Source of the DNA: an uncultured Acidimicrobiaceae bacterium
Lineage (GTDB): Bacteria > Actinomycetota > Acidimicrobiia > Acidimicrobiales > RAAP-2
Assembly: GCA_963779735.1 (NCBI GenBank)
Contig: CAVZZJ010000009.1
Location: 189,622-253,621 of the forward strand
Reading direction: 5' to 3'
Length of the DNA: 64,000 nt
Shown: one piece after another, positions 27,138 through 36,643 of the stretch
Layout of the letters: each line of letters opens with the position of its first letter
Position numbering within the stretch: position 1 is the first letter of the stretch
Made by a program: the position numbers and the translations under genes
Notes under the pieces: model-generated
The model's database searches: none
What the model saw: the letters and a program-made list of their open reading frames with translations, nothing else
Told to the model about the DNA's origin: nothing

Positions 27138-27205
27138 AAGGTCACGGTTGACAGGCGGCGGAGCGGCCAGGGCAGCTCGCTGGAGAGGAGGGCCGGCGCA
27201 TCCAC
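27138..27205 (-). repeat. comM/yifB 5'-fragment repeat, copy B (diverged, att-like)
   Basis: It shares the core aaggt(t)cacggt..caggcggcggagcggccagggcag with copies A and C, with the same left boundary and orientation. The minus strand encodes ..[12 protein letters not shown].. and the frame is broken. Confidence 0.55.
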
Positions 27206-27683
27206 GGCGAATTGTCTGAGCGATCTTGAATCGCTAGGCATCGACCTCTCGCATGGGACTGTGGCTGAAGTGGAAGTAAGCGGCCGAATTGGTGCCTAGT
27301 TTCTCAATCCGCCGGCCTTCAGATCACGTTAATAAAGAGTTGGTACTATCTAGCCGTCTGGACCTACGACCCGTCGTGGCAGTACCTCGGTAAGAGGTGC
27401 CTGCCGGACCCCGCCCCTGGACCCGTGTCCCTCACAGCTAAGTGGCAGCTGGCCCGAGGTGGCACCGGCGGGGATACCGGGGGAGGGGTCACCCTGCCAA
27501 GCGCGGGCGAAGACCCCGCGGTCGCCAAAAAACAGCCACGCTCGCCATCGAGGTGCTCAACGAGGAGCTACAAAGCCGCCCAAATATGAGGTGGCCACGC
27601 GGTCTGCCGCGACAGCTTGGCGCTCCGCCATGACTTTGACCGGCCACGTTCCGTACCCGCTCACGGAAGAGGACCCGGGACGA

Positions 27684-28949
27684 TCATCGGGTCGATGCGA
27701 ATTCGATATGGAGCGCTTCGACTCCCCTAAGGATATAGGTGGGGGTGTATTGGTAGCGCCGGGCTTCGGAAGGGCCATGCTCGGAATCTGATATCTGAAT
27801 GTCGGCGAGGCGATCGAGCATTCGTTCGAGGGTGGTCCGGCCGTCGGCTCTCACGAGCGGTGCTCCGGGGCACGCGTGAGTGCCGCGACCAAAGGCGACG
27901 TGCTCGCGTACATTGGGCCGGTCCATGTCGAACTCCGCTGGGCATGCGAAGCGGCGTTCGTCGCGATCTGCAGCCCCAGGAAGAAGTACGAGGCTGCTGC
28001 CGGCCGGGATCTTCGTGCCTCCGAGCGTGGTGGAGCGCCGAGCCACGCGGAAGTTCGTCTTGACCGGGCTGAACAGTCGGAGGGTCTCTTCGACGAAGTT
28101 CGGGATGCGATCAGGCTCCGCGCGCAGCAACCCTTGCAGCGCACCGTCCTCGGCGATGAGCCTCACCATGTTGCCCAAGAACCGAGCCGCCGTCCCCTGT
28201 CCCCCTGAAAAGAGAATCGTGGCCACTCGAGCGACCTCTATGACCTCGGGTGTCGACCCGTCGGCGAAGGCGGTCCTGGCCATCTTTCCAAGCACGTCGT
28301 CTTTTGGTTCGCGACGGCGTTCCTCGATATAGACGGTGAAGAAGTCCTCAAGGTACTCCAAGAAGTTACCTTCTACCGGCTTGCCGATCGTGCCCGCCGG
28401 GCCCTTGGCCACTGTCCTTCGTCGTAGCTCGGCGTGGTCGGACTCGGGGACCCCAAGGAGGTCGGCGACGACCAAGAGAGCAAACGGTTGGGCATATTCG
28501 GACATGAAGTCACATCTGCCCCTCGCGGCGAAGCCGTCGATCAGCTGGTCGGCCAGGCGCCACATAAAGTCTTCGTTCTCCTTGAGGCGCTTGGGCGTCA
28601 GGAGCCGCATCATCAGACCGCGGTGATCAGCGTGCTGCGGTTGGTCGAAGGTGATCAATGACTCGCTGCTGGGGAATACGCCGCGGTACTTCTCTATAAG
28701 TTCACTTGCGTCGTCACCGGCTGGTTGCTCGGGCAAGCCCGGGAAAGGACCACCGCCCGCGTTGCACGACGAAAAGGTGTCAGGGTCACGATAGATCGCT
28801 TGCATTTCGTCGTAGCCGGTCACGACATAAGTACCGTGATAGGGCTCCCGCCATACCGGGCCCTGCTCTCGAGCGTACTCGTAGTAGGGATACGGATCCT
28901 CCACAATGGAGACATCGCTGAAGAAATCGGCCACGCTCTCTTGACTCAC
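27684..28949 (-). CDS. cytochrome P450
   Basis: 421-aa ORF. The heme-binding loop is FGRGTHACPG, the ExxR motif is ETLR, and the I-helix is GG.GTA. GC is markedly lower than the window average. Confidence 0.9.
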   Translation of the reverse strand: MSQESVADFFSDVSIVEDPYPYYEYAREQGPVWREPYHGTYVVTGYDEMQAIYRDPDTFSSCNAGGGPFPGLPEQPAGDDASELIEKYRGVFPSSESLITFDQPQHADHRGLMMRLLTPKRLKENEDFMWRLADQLIDGFAARGRCDFMSEYAQPFALLVVADLLGVPESDHAELRRRTVAKGPAGTIGKPVEGNFLEYLEDFFTVYIEERRREPKDDVLGKMARTAFADGSTPEVIEVARVATILFSGGQGTAARFLGNMVRLIAEDGALQGLLRAEPDRIPNFVEETLRLFSPVKTNFRVARRSTTLGGTKIPAGSSLVLLPGAADRDERRFACPAEFDMDRPNVREHVAFGRGTHACPGAPLVRADGRTTLERMLDRLADIQISDSEHGPSEARRYQYTPTYILRGVEALHIEFASTR

Positions 28950-29109
28950 GGATAGGCCCTCCCTCGAAAGTCAACTACGACCATTGGCAAGCGTCGCGGG
29001 CTGCTGAGCGACTGTCTAGCATGGGGTGGACTCAAGGTCAACAAGCGCCGGGCAGGGTGGACACAAGACCACGGATTCAGCGCGTCACTAGTCACGGGGA
29101 AGAGGTACC

Positions 29110-29144
29110 AAACGATCTTCGCACTCGACGAAGATCGTTTTCAG
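29110..29144 (-). terminator. possible bidirectional intrinsic terminator
   Basis: A perfect 12-bp stem (aaacgatcttcg / cgaagatcgttt) encloses a 7-nt loop. T-runs flank it on both strands. It lies downstream of the HGD-like gene. Confidence 0.4.
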
Positions 29145-29181
29145 CTAGCGCCAAGTCTCGGAGACAGCTGATCGGCGACCG

Positions 29182-30345
29182 TCATTCCTGTGACCAGCTC
29201 TTGAAGTAGACGGGGTCGCTTACCGATTTGGCTACTTCGCTGATCGCGAGTTGCGAAAAGCAATCGATCATGACTGCGGTCTCTTCCGTGCGATCTTTGG
29301 AGTCTGAGCTTTCCCGGCTACCGGGGTGCGGACCGTGGACGAATCCGGCTGGATGCACGGTAAGAGAACCGGCACCGATTCCAGCACCCCTGCGACTCAT
29401 GAAGTCCCCACTGACATAGAAGAGGATCTCATCGGAATCGACGTTCGCATGGTGGTATGGAACTTTGACAGCCGAGGGATCGAAATCAAACGGACGCGGT
29501 ACGAAGCTGCAAACGACGAAACCTTGACCCACAAAGGTCTGGTGCACTGGAGGCGGTTGGTGGATCCGGCCGACAATGGGTTCAAAATCACTTATTGAAA
29601 GCGCGAAGGGATAGAGGCAACCGTCCCACCCAACCACGTCAAACGGGTGATGTGAATGGTGATGTTCAGACCAACCATTGCGCGTGCGCACGAGCACGGG
29701 AACATCCTCACCCTCAAGGACAATCAGGTCGCCTGGAGGACGGATATCACGCTCGCAAAATGGAGCACCTTCACGCAGTTGACCGGTCTTGGTCAGATAG
29801 CGTTCTGGGAGGCCTACATGACCCTTGGCCTCTAGAACGAGGGCTTGCACCTGTGCCGCTTGTGGGTCAATTATCCAGCGATGGGTTGTTGAACCTGGAA
29901 CGACGACGTAGTCTCCAGCGGAGACTACGAGACGGCCAAAGGCGGACTCGAGAGTTGCCTTCCCGGCCTGGATGAACAGAAGTTCGTCTCCAATCGCGTT
30001 GCGATAGAGCTCGCTATTGGCGTCTGCCGATGCGTAGCAGATCGTGACCGTCTCACAAGATAGAAGCGTGTGCCGTCCGGTGACGAGATCACCACCCGGC
30101 GGGATTTCCGAAGCACGCAGATGCCAGGGCAAGAGAGGTTGATTCGAATGTATCGGTGAGCGTGCAATCTCTACCGATTCGACACGATCGATCGCACTGG
30201 GCGAATTTAGGTGGTACAAGAGGGATGAATGGCTGGAGAATCCCTCCTGGCCTATTAGTTCCTCGTTTAGGGGGCGTCCATCAACGTGACGATGCAACGT
30301 GTGACGTTTGCGGGGCACCGATCCGACACTGACGTAGTAGGGCAC
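29182..30345 (-). CDS. hmgA: homogentisate 1,2-dioxygenase-like cupin (short actinobacterial/Bacillus-type form)
   Basis: 387-aa ORF with YHHANVDSDE and HP.G..HGPHPG segments. It lies in an operon with FAH and HPPD. Confidence 0.7.
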   Translation of the reverse strand: MPYYVSVGSVPRKRHTLHRHVDGRPLNEELIGQEGFSSHSSLLYHLNSPSAIDRVESVEIARSPIHSNQPLLPWHLRASEIPPGGDLVTGRHTLLSCETVTICYASADANSELYRNAIGDELLFIQAGKATLESAFGRLVVSAGDYVVVPGSTTHRWIIDPQAAQVQALVLEAKGHVGLPERYLTKTGQLREGAPFCERDIRPPGDLIVLEGEDVPVLVRTRNGWSEHHHSHHPFDVVGWDGCLYPFALSISDFEPIVGRIHQPPPVHQTFVGQGFVVCSFVPRPFDFDPSAVKVPYHHANVDSDEILFYVSGDFMSRRGAGIGAGSLTVHPAGFVHGPHPGSRESSDSKDRTEETAVMIDCFSQLAISEVAKSVSDPVYFKSWSQE

Positions 30346-30348
30346 TGC

Positions 30349-31512
30349 TTATCGACCCCTCACTCCATCGATCGTTCCAAGGACGGTTCCGAACGAGATC
30401 CACTCATTTCCCGTTCGATTTCCACACCAGCCTCGAATCTCCACACGGTCTCCGTCCTGTAGCCACGTTCTGCTGTCTCCGGAATCGAGGGTTATGGGAT
30501 TTCTGCCGGCCAAAGTCAGCTCCATCAGACTGCCTGCGCTCTGCGGCCGCGAGCCTGAGATGGTGCCGGAGGCGAAAAGGTCCCCGGTGCGAACGGACGC
30601 ACCATTCGACGTGAGGTGGGCCAACTGTTGGGCCATCGACCAGTACAGGCCACGTGCGTTCATCTCGCTGACCAGCGAGTCGTTAATGCGTAGTTGGAGA
30701 TGCAGGTCTAGTGCCCGAGGTTCCTTTTCTCGCAAATGAGGCTCGGGTTCGGGTTGTTGGCAGGGTCCTTGGACCCAATATTCGCTCAGCGAGCCAAGAG
30801 GCACGACCCAAGGAGAGACAGAGGTTGCAAACGACTTTCCCAAAAACGGGCCGAGGGGATGATATTCGAAGGACTGTATGTCTCTGGCGCTCCAGTCATT
30901 GACGAGTACGGCACCGAAGACATGATTTTTCGCCTCTGCTGTCGAAATTGGACATTCACGCTGGTTGCCAACGCCCACCACGAATCCCAATTCCACTTCG
31001 ACGTCGAGCCTCTCGGAGGGCCCATAGGCGGGACCGGAGCCGGTCGCACGAATTCCTGACGGTCGACCTATGGAGTCACCACTCACTAGGACGGTCGCCG
31101 ATCGCCCGTGATAACCGATCGGTAAGTACTTCCAGGCTGGCGGCAGGGGATCTGCATCAGGGCGGAGCAGACGGCCCATCGAAGCGGCGTGTTCCTCGCA
31201 CGCGTAGAAGTCGACGTAGTCGGCGACCTCCCAGGGCAGGACCAGTTGCACCTCGTCCATCGGGCGCAGAGCGCTGCCCGGCAAGTCAGCGAGGTGCTTC
31301 TGGATCTGCATCTGCGTCCTCCTCCAGGCGTCGGGCCCCAGTTCCATGAATGCATTGAGCGAGCCCGAGGTCCAACATTCGGGCCCGACATCTAAATGCG
31401 TGAGCTGAGATAAATCGATGACGTTCTGATGGTATGCGACGACAACGTGCCCAGCGTCGTCGACTCCATAAGGCAGGTTCCTCGAGCCGTAACCTCCCAC
31501 CCAATCAATCAT
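30349..31512 (-). CDS. fumarylacetoacetase
   Basis: 387-aa ORF with N-terminal NLPYGV and a C-terminal FAH-fold region (GDLFASGT.SG, DGD.V). Confidence 0.8.
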   Translation of the reverse strand: MIDWVGGYGSRNLPYGVDDAGHVVVAYHQNVIDLSQLTHLDVGPECWTSGSLNAFMELGPDAWRRTQMQIQKHLADLPGSALRPMDEVQLVLPWEVADYVDFYACEEHAASMGRLLRPDADPLPPAWKYLPIGYHGRSATVLVSGDSIGRPSGIRATGSGPAYGPSERLDVEVELGFVVGVGNQRECPISTAEAKNHVFGAVLVNDWSARDIQSFEYHPLGPFLGKSFATSVSPWVVPLGSLSEYWVQGPCQQPEPEPHLREKEPRALDLHLQLRINDSLVSEMNARGLYWSMAQQLAHLTSNGASVRTGDLFASGTISGSRPQSAGSLMELTLAGRNPITLDSGDSRTWLQDGDRVEIRGWCGNRTGNEWISFGTVLGTIDGVRGR

Positions 31513-32287
31513 GGAGGCCGTCCAAGTGCTCCATATGTTCTCCGTGGCGTATCGAGGGACTCTTCGAGGATGACTCTTACTGTCATTTCACCGAGCGTGG
31601 GATGGGTGCCACTTCGCTCCCATGCACCTGGATCCATTAAGGGACTCAGCTGGCGAAGGTAATCAAGACAGGGAAGTATTTCTTGACGATGGACTTCGGG
31701 GTCACCACCCTGCGCAATCGCGCTGCGTCTGTTCCGATCTGCCTTCGTCCGTCCGAAAGGGATGGGCTTTTTGTCTGCGGACGAGTCAAGTACTGCGGTC
31801 ATTGTTGACGCCGGTAAGGTCCGAACTCGGCCATATGTGCCCACTCGGTTCCATCATTCCACCGCTCGTGAGTTCCTGGATCCGGTTCTGTCAAGCCGGT
31901 GCGCCGCGGCCGAAGTGAGAGGCGGCGTGGCCGGACCTCGATGAGGTCGAGTCGTCCAATCCAGGTGTCAACCGTCCACGCGCCATCGTGTATCGGAAGC
32001 GCCCACTCTGCTTCGAGGGCCGGCACGATGGCCGTGCCGTCGAGCTCTGGTAGGTCTGCGAGCTCTGCTCGTAGCTCCGACGCGCGGTGATCTGGGTAGC
32101 GATTTAAATCGGTAATCCCTCTATTCAGAGCAGACCCAACCCAAGGCAACGGGTCCAAGGACAGTTCGTTCGATGCCAGCCTTACAGCACTCGCAAGTCC
32201 GTGGTAATTCATCGCTTGCTGCGCCGCTCGACCGGGTCGGTATGACGGCAGGGCCTCTGCGGCGGCTCGTGGTTTTATGGAGTGCAC
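31509..32287 (-). pseudogene. decayed HisC-like (class II) aminotransferase
   Basis: The first ~70 codons (ALPSYRPGR..VRLASNE..LNRYPD..ASELRAELA) are HisC/aromatic-aminotransferase-like. The last ~30 codons (..MTVRV..) lie in a different frame and end in an ATGA overlap with FAH. The PLP-binding core is missing: the span is 779 nt against about 1080 expected. Confidence 0.5.
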
Positions 32288-32288
32288 T

Positions 32289-33413
32289 TCAGAGGTTGCC
32301 TCGGCGAGCTTGATCGCGCTCGATCGCTTCAAAGAGTGCCTTGAAGTTACCCTCGCCAAAGCCGGTGGCACCCTCTCTCTGAATAACTTCAAGGAAGAGC
32401 GTAGGGCGATCGGTAATCATCTCTGAGAAGATCTGCAGTAGGTATCCGCCGGAATCCTTGTCGACCTCTATTCCGAGTTCCTCAAGGTGTGTCCACGGCA
32501 GATCGAACTCCCCGCAGCGTTCGCGGGCATCCTCGTAGTAGGTAGATTGGAGGTGTAAGAACCGGACGCCTCGGTGCGACAGCGCGTCCACGGCGGCAAT
32601 CGCATCTTGAGTTCTCATTGCGATGTGCTGCACTCCTGGGCCACCGTAGAAGTCGAGAAACTCGGCGATCTGGCTCTTCTTGAGCCCTGGTGCCGGCTCA
32701 TTGATTGGCATCACGATTCCGGACCAATTGTGTACCACCGTGGAACGAAGCGCTGAATACTGTGTCGAGATCTGCTCCGCATCGAAATGAAGCATCTGGC
32801 TGAAGCCCAGAACCTCCTCATACCAGGCAACCCATTCGTCGAGGCGCCCCTCCTCGACGTTGGTAACCACGTGGTCAATCGAGTCGAGGCCGGGTGTGGC
32901 CCAGGGGGGTGCTGGCGGAAGCCGCTCGTGCGAGAAGTACGGGGCCCATAAACCGTTGTGCATTGAGCGATCCACGAAGACGAGTTGGATGTTTCCGTAC
33001 GCGACGATCGTCGCTGTAGTTACCGACCCGCCCTCACATTGAACGGTCGACGGTTCGGCGATGACCGCAGCTCCGCGACTCTCGGCCATCGCGACTACCG
33101 ATTCGGGGTCCTCGACCCGCCACGCCAGGCGGCGCACCCCGTCCCCGTGCTCGAGAACGTATTGGGCGACGTCAGAGTCAGCCGCCAGCCCGGCCGTGAT
33201 CAGAAACCGGATATCCCCCTGCTCCAACAGGTAGGAGACTCGGTCGCGGAGCCCGGTCTCTGGCCCGGCGTAGGCAGAGACATGAAATCCAAAGCCTGCG
33301 CACAACCATGCCGTGACGGCCCGTGCGTTTCCCACCCACCACTCAACATGATCCCAGGCGAGCAACTGATCGGCCACGGTAGAGGTTGATCTCAGATTGG
33401 ACGTGGAAGTCAT
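32289..33413 (-). CDS. hppD: 4-hydroxyphenylpyruvate dioxygenase
   Basis: 374-aa ORF with two VOC modules and the C-terminal signature GFGEGNFKALFEAIERDQARRGNL. Confidence 0.9.
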   Translation of the reverse strand: MTSTSNLRSTSTVADQLLAWDHVEWWVGNARAVTAWLCAGFGFHVSAYAGPETGLRDRVSYLLEQGDIRFLITAGLAADSDVAQYVLEHGDGVRRLAWRVEDPESVVAMAESRGAAVIAEPSTVQCEGGSVTTATIVAYGNIQLVFVDRSMHNGLWAPYFSHERLPPAPPWATPGLDSIDHVVTNVEEGRLDEWVAWYEEVLGFSQMLHFDAEQISTQYSALRSTVVHNWSGIVMPINEPAPGLKKSQIAEFLDFYGGPGVQHIAMRTQDAIAAVDALSHRGVRFLHLQSTYYEDARERCGEFDLPWTHLEELGIEVDKDSGGYLLQIFSEMITDRPTLFLEVIQREGATGFGEGNFKALFEAIERDQARRGNL

Positions 33414-33503
33414 GCCTCTGGACTACTCACCTGCCATAAAAAGGTCAACAGAGCAGCTATTAGTTGGGCTATATGACTATGTACGCGCCGATATAATGAT
33501 CAT

Positions 33504-33986
33504 ATGAGTCATTCTGAGACCCTTGATGCGATCGATCGGCGTCTTTTGGTCGCTCTCACACATGCGCCACGCGTCGGGATGCTCGCCCTTGCCCGTGCTG
33601 CCGGCGTGGCCCGAAACACGGCGCAAGCTCGGGTGAATCGAATGGTCGCCCTTGGGATCATCACCGGATTCGGACCGGAGCTCGACCTGCGTCGACTCGG
33701 CTATACGGTGTCTGCCTTTGTAAGCGTCGAAATCGCGCAGGGCCGCGGCTCGTTAGTTGACGAAGCTCTTATTGCGATCCCCGAGGTCGTAGGGGCATGG
33801 ATGACGACTGGACCGGCCGACCTGTTGTGCCATGTCGTCGCGCATGACAACGATCATCTGGGAGAGGTGATCAATCTGCTCCTCAATATACGCGGGGTTA
33901 CCCGCACCACGACCTCCCTGTTGCTGACCACGCGGGTGCCCCCCCGAACGCTTCACCTGCTCACCGATCCGAAACAGAGCACTTAG
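33504..33986 (+). CDS. Lrp/AsnC family transcriptional regulator
   Basis: It has an HTH (LD..DRRLL..L....R......LA...GV...T...R) followed by an AsnC/RAM domain. It is divergent from hppD. Confidence 0.85.
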   Translation: MSHSETLDAIDRRLLVALTHAPRVGMLALARAAGVARNTAQARVNRMVALGIITGFGPELDLRRLGYTVSAFVSVEIAQGRGSLVDEALIAIPEVVGAWMTTGPADLLCHVVAHDNDHLGEVINLLLNIRGVTRTTTSLLLTTRVPPRTLHLLTDPKQST

Positions 33987-34047
33987 CAAATCGTAGAACC
34001 CCAGAATACGGATTGCGTTGCGGGCATGGCCGCCGAATGTTTCACCG

Positions 34048-35271
34048 TTACGACCCGGCGGTCACGCCCGGCAGGACAGTGCCGCAGAGAGGTTCAGCGC
34101 CCTTGACCAACTTGAAGCCGTTACCGACGAGCTTGACCATCCATGTGCAGCGGATGGAGGCGAGTACATGGGTGCGGTCGTTGATGTTGATGGTGCGCCC
34201 CCCCCACAGTCCGAGAGCGCCCCAGCTATGGATGCCCTGTAGGGCGCTCAAGATCGAAGCCGAGGTGGACTTCGATCCGGCGGACTTGAGAGCTTGCAGC
34301 AGGAGGCCTACGGAGGTGTACCCGAAGTACTCGGCGTCGGTGGGCACGCCGGTCGTACCGGCCGCGGCCAGATCCGCCTGGAACTGCTTGGTGGCGGAAG
34401 TCCCCATCTCGACCGGTTCGAAGCCAAGAAGAAAGTAGGCATCCTGCGCCTGCTGGACCGCACCTGGGCCGGCTCGGAGGATGTCGGCGCCGTAGCCGTC
34501 CGGCAGTATTGCGGCCTTGAGGTTGACGCCCATCTGGCGCAGGGCGGTGATGAGCGCCAAGCCGGTGTTCGTCTCGACCGCGGGGTAGATCGAATCCACG
34601 TGTGCCGCCTTCAGCGCCAGGGCGACGGGCCCGACGTTTGTGCTGCCGTAGGGGAGGTTGGAGTTGACGTAGCCCGGCTTGAGACCGGCCGCCACCGCCG
34701 ACTTGGCGACGCCGATGGCGGAGTCGGCCGACGCCGGTGAGATGCCGTAGCCGAGCGTGCCGACGGTGGTGGCCCCGAGTAGCTTGAGCAGCCGCCCGAA
34801 GGTGGAGGTGACGGCGGTGATGTGGAGCGCCCCCTCGACCGAGAACATGTTGGTGTCGGTCGCCCATTCGCTGGCGTCCACGGGGGCCCCGATCACTGGG
34901 ATGTGCTGGGACATCAGGTATGGCGCGGCGGCAAACGTGACGGCCGACTCGGCGAGGATCACGTTCACGTGATCCTCGGCCACGAGCCGCTGCGCGGTCG
35001 ACAGTGCGCTGGACGGCGACGTTTGGGTGTCTCCTAATACGTACTTGATGTTGTAGCCCTCGTGCTTAGCCAGCACGATGCCGGCCTCGATGCCGTTGAG
35101 GTAGGCCTTGGTGCCCGAGGCGCCCGGGCCGGTGTAGTCCTCGAGGACTCCGATGGTAATTGTCTTTCCACCGCCCTCGCTAGCGCTGGAGTTAGACGAA
35201 CCAAACGCGGCTGCTAGCAGCGCGACCACTGCCGCGACCGCGATGGTCCTGACCGTGTTCTTGATCATCAA
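34048..35271 (-). CDS. ABC-transporter substrate-binding protein (branched-chain amino acid / LivK type), secreted
   Basis: 407-aa ORF. The signal peptide is MMIKNTVRTIAVAAVVALLAAAF. It is homologous to the ORFs at 53745 and 55266. Confidence 0.8.
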   Translation of the reverse strand: MMIKNTVRTIAVAAVVALLAAAFGSSNSSASEGGGKTITIGVLEDYTGPGASGTKAYLNGIEAGIVLAKHEGYNIKYVLGDTQTSPSSALSTAQRLVAEDHVNVILAESAVTFAAAPYLMSQHIPVIGAPVDASEWATDTNMFSVEGALHITAVTSTFGRLLKLLGATTVGTLGYGISPASADSAIGVAKSAVAAGLKPGYVNSNLPYGSTNVGPVALALKAAHVDSIYPAVETNTGLALITALRQMGVNLKAAILPDGYGADILRAGPGAVQQAQDAYFLLGFEPVEMGTSATKQFQADLAAAGTTGVPTDAEYFGYTSVGLLLQALKSAGSKSTSASILSALQGIHSWGALGLWGGRTININDRTHVLASIRCTWMVKLVGNGFKLVKGAEPLCGTVLPGVTAGS

Positions 35272-35335
35272 GACCTCCTGGCTTATTTTTCTCAGGCGCG
35301 TGCGGAACCGGAACCACGCGAGCGGCGAGAGGGAT

Positions 35336-36535
35336 TCACCGCTTGGCGTCGATCTTTAGCTTGTAGAGTTGCTCGGCGTTGGCGCAGAGGGCTTTGGCCC
35401 TGACCGCAGGGGGGATACCGGCGAACGCCTCCTTAACCCATTCCGATGGCATAAGCGACGTGCCGCCGCAAGGACCTGGGGAAAGACTCGTAGGATGCGG
35501 GTAGTCGGTTGAGAACATGAAGTTGTTGGGGTAGGCGTCGAGCAGCCGCAGTGCGGTGCGGTCGAACCAGAACGTCGAGTAGCACTGCCGGGCGAAGTAC
35601 TCGCTAGGCAGCAAGGGGAGAGTGGTGTTCCCATAGGATCGCCACTGCCAATCGAGCGCCTCCAGGTAAAAAGGCAGATGCCCGAATCCGGCCTCGACCG
35701 AGACGAGTTTCAGCCGGGGGAAACGCTCACATAGGCCGCTGAGCAGCATCGATCCGATCAATGTGGCCTGATCCATCAACGCTCGCCCGAGTCCCTCCAC
35801 CGCACCGACCCGCGCCGCTCCCGGATGTGCCTCCATGAGCGCCAGGGACTTGGCTTCGACCCCCTGGCTGGACTCCTTGGCGTAGAACCCGACATGGAAG
35901 TTCACCGGCACGTCACACTCCTGGGCGAGGGCATAGAGCGGATCCCAATACGGATCCACGTAACGGGGTAAGCCGATCTGTTCCAACCGATTCGAGAACA
36001 GGACGCCCCGGAACCCCAGATCGACACACCTCTGCAGCTCTCGGATCGACGCGTCGAGATCCCAGAACGGCAGCATTGCCATGGGCACCAGCCGTTCAGG
36101 ATCGGCGGCCGCCCAGCCCAGCGCGAAGTCGTTGTAGGCGCGCACGCAGAGCTCGGAAAGTTCGAGCTCGAGCTTCATGAACTCGCCCGCGCCGGAGCCC
36201 ACGAGGTTCGGATAGAGGATCTGGACGGCCACTCCGAATTCATCCATCCGCTTCAACCGGTCCCGCGAATCGAAGCTGGCTGGGTCGCAGTCCTCGTACT
36301 CCTTGGGACCAGATGGTGGGAATTCCTTCCACCCCGCCACAGAGCCGAACCCGACCGGCGCCAACCACCGAGATCCGATCCGCCAGTGATGCACACCCGT
36401 GTCGGGGTGCTTCGTGACTTGAGGGACCTGTTCGTGGTATTTTGCCGGTATCCGAGCGGTCCAGATGTCAGCGGGCTCCGTGATGTGGCTGTCGGCGTCC
36501 ACGATCACATCGGAACTGATCACACCAGCGTTCAT
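35336..36535 (-). CDS. amidohydrolase_2 family protein (ACMSD/LigW-like metal-dependent hydrolase/decarboxylase)
   Basis: 399-aa ORF with N-terminal I.D.DSH..EP and C-terminal F.TDYPH motifs. Confidence 0.8.
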   Translation of the reverse strand: MNAGVISSDVIVDADSHITEPADIWTARIPAKYHEQVPQVTKHPDTGVHHWRIGSRWLAPVGFGSVAGWKEFPPSGPKEYEDCDPASFDSRDRLKRMDEFGVAVQILYPNLVGSGAGEFMKLELELSELCVRAYNDFALGWAAADPERLVPMAMLPFWDLDASIRELQRCVDLGFRGVLFSNRLEQIGLPRYVDPYWDPLYALAQECDVPVNFHVGFYAKESSQGVEAKSLALMEAHPGAARVGAVEGLGRALMDQATLIGSMLLSGLCERFPRLKLVSVEAGFGHLPFYLEALDWQWRSYGNTTLPLLPSEYFARQCYSTFWFDRTALRLLDAYPNNFMFSTDYPHPTSLSPGPCGGTSLMPSEWVKEAFAGIPPAVRAKALCANAEQLYKLKIDAKR

Positions 36536-36643
36536 TTCCGTCTCCTCGTCACCTTCCGGCGCCTGCGTGGCGTCGCACTCTTGTTATGGCCGCCGGATCG
36601 GCCGCATCTCGCCAAATTCCAAGCTCGACCGGCCCGGCATGAG

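Noticed and set aside
27330-27520. A cobalamin or other riboswitch in the GC-rich structured segment (aagaggtgcctgcc resembles a B12 box).
   Set aside because: The match to the B12 box is poor. The conserved core elements upstream of it are not visible. There is also no downstream plus-strand gene to regulate, because the next gene is convergent.
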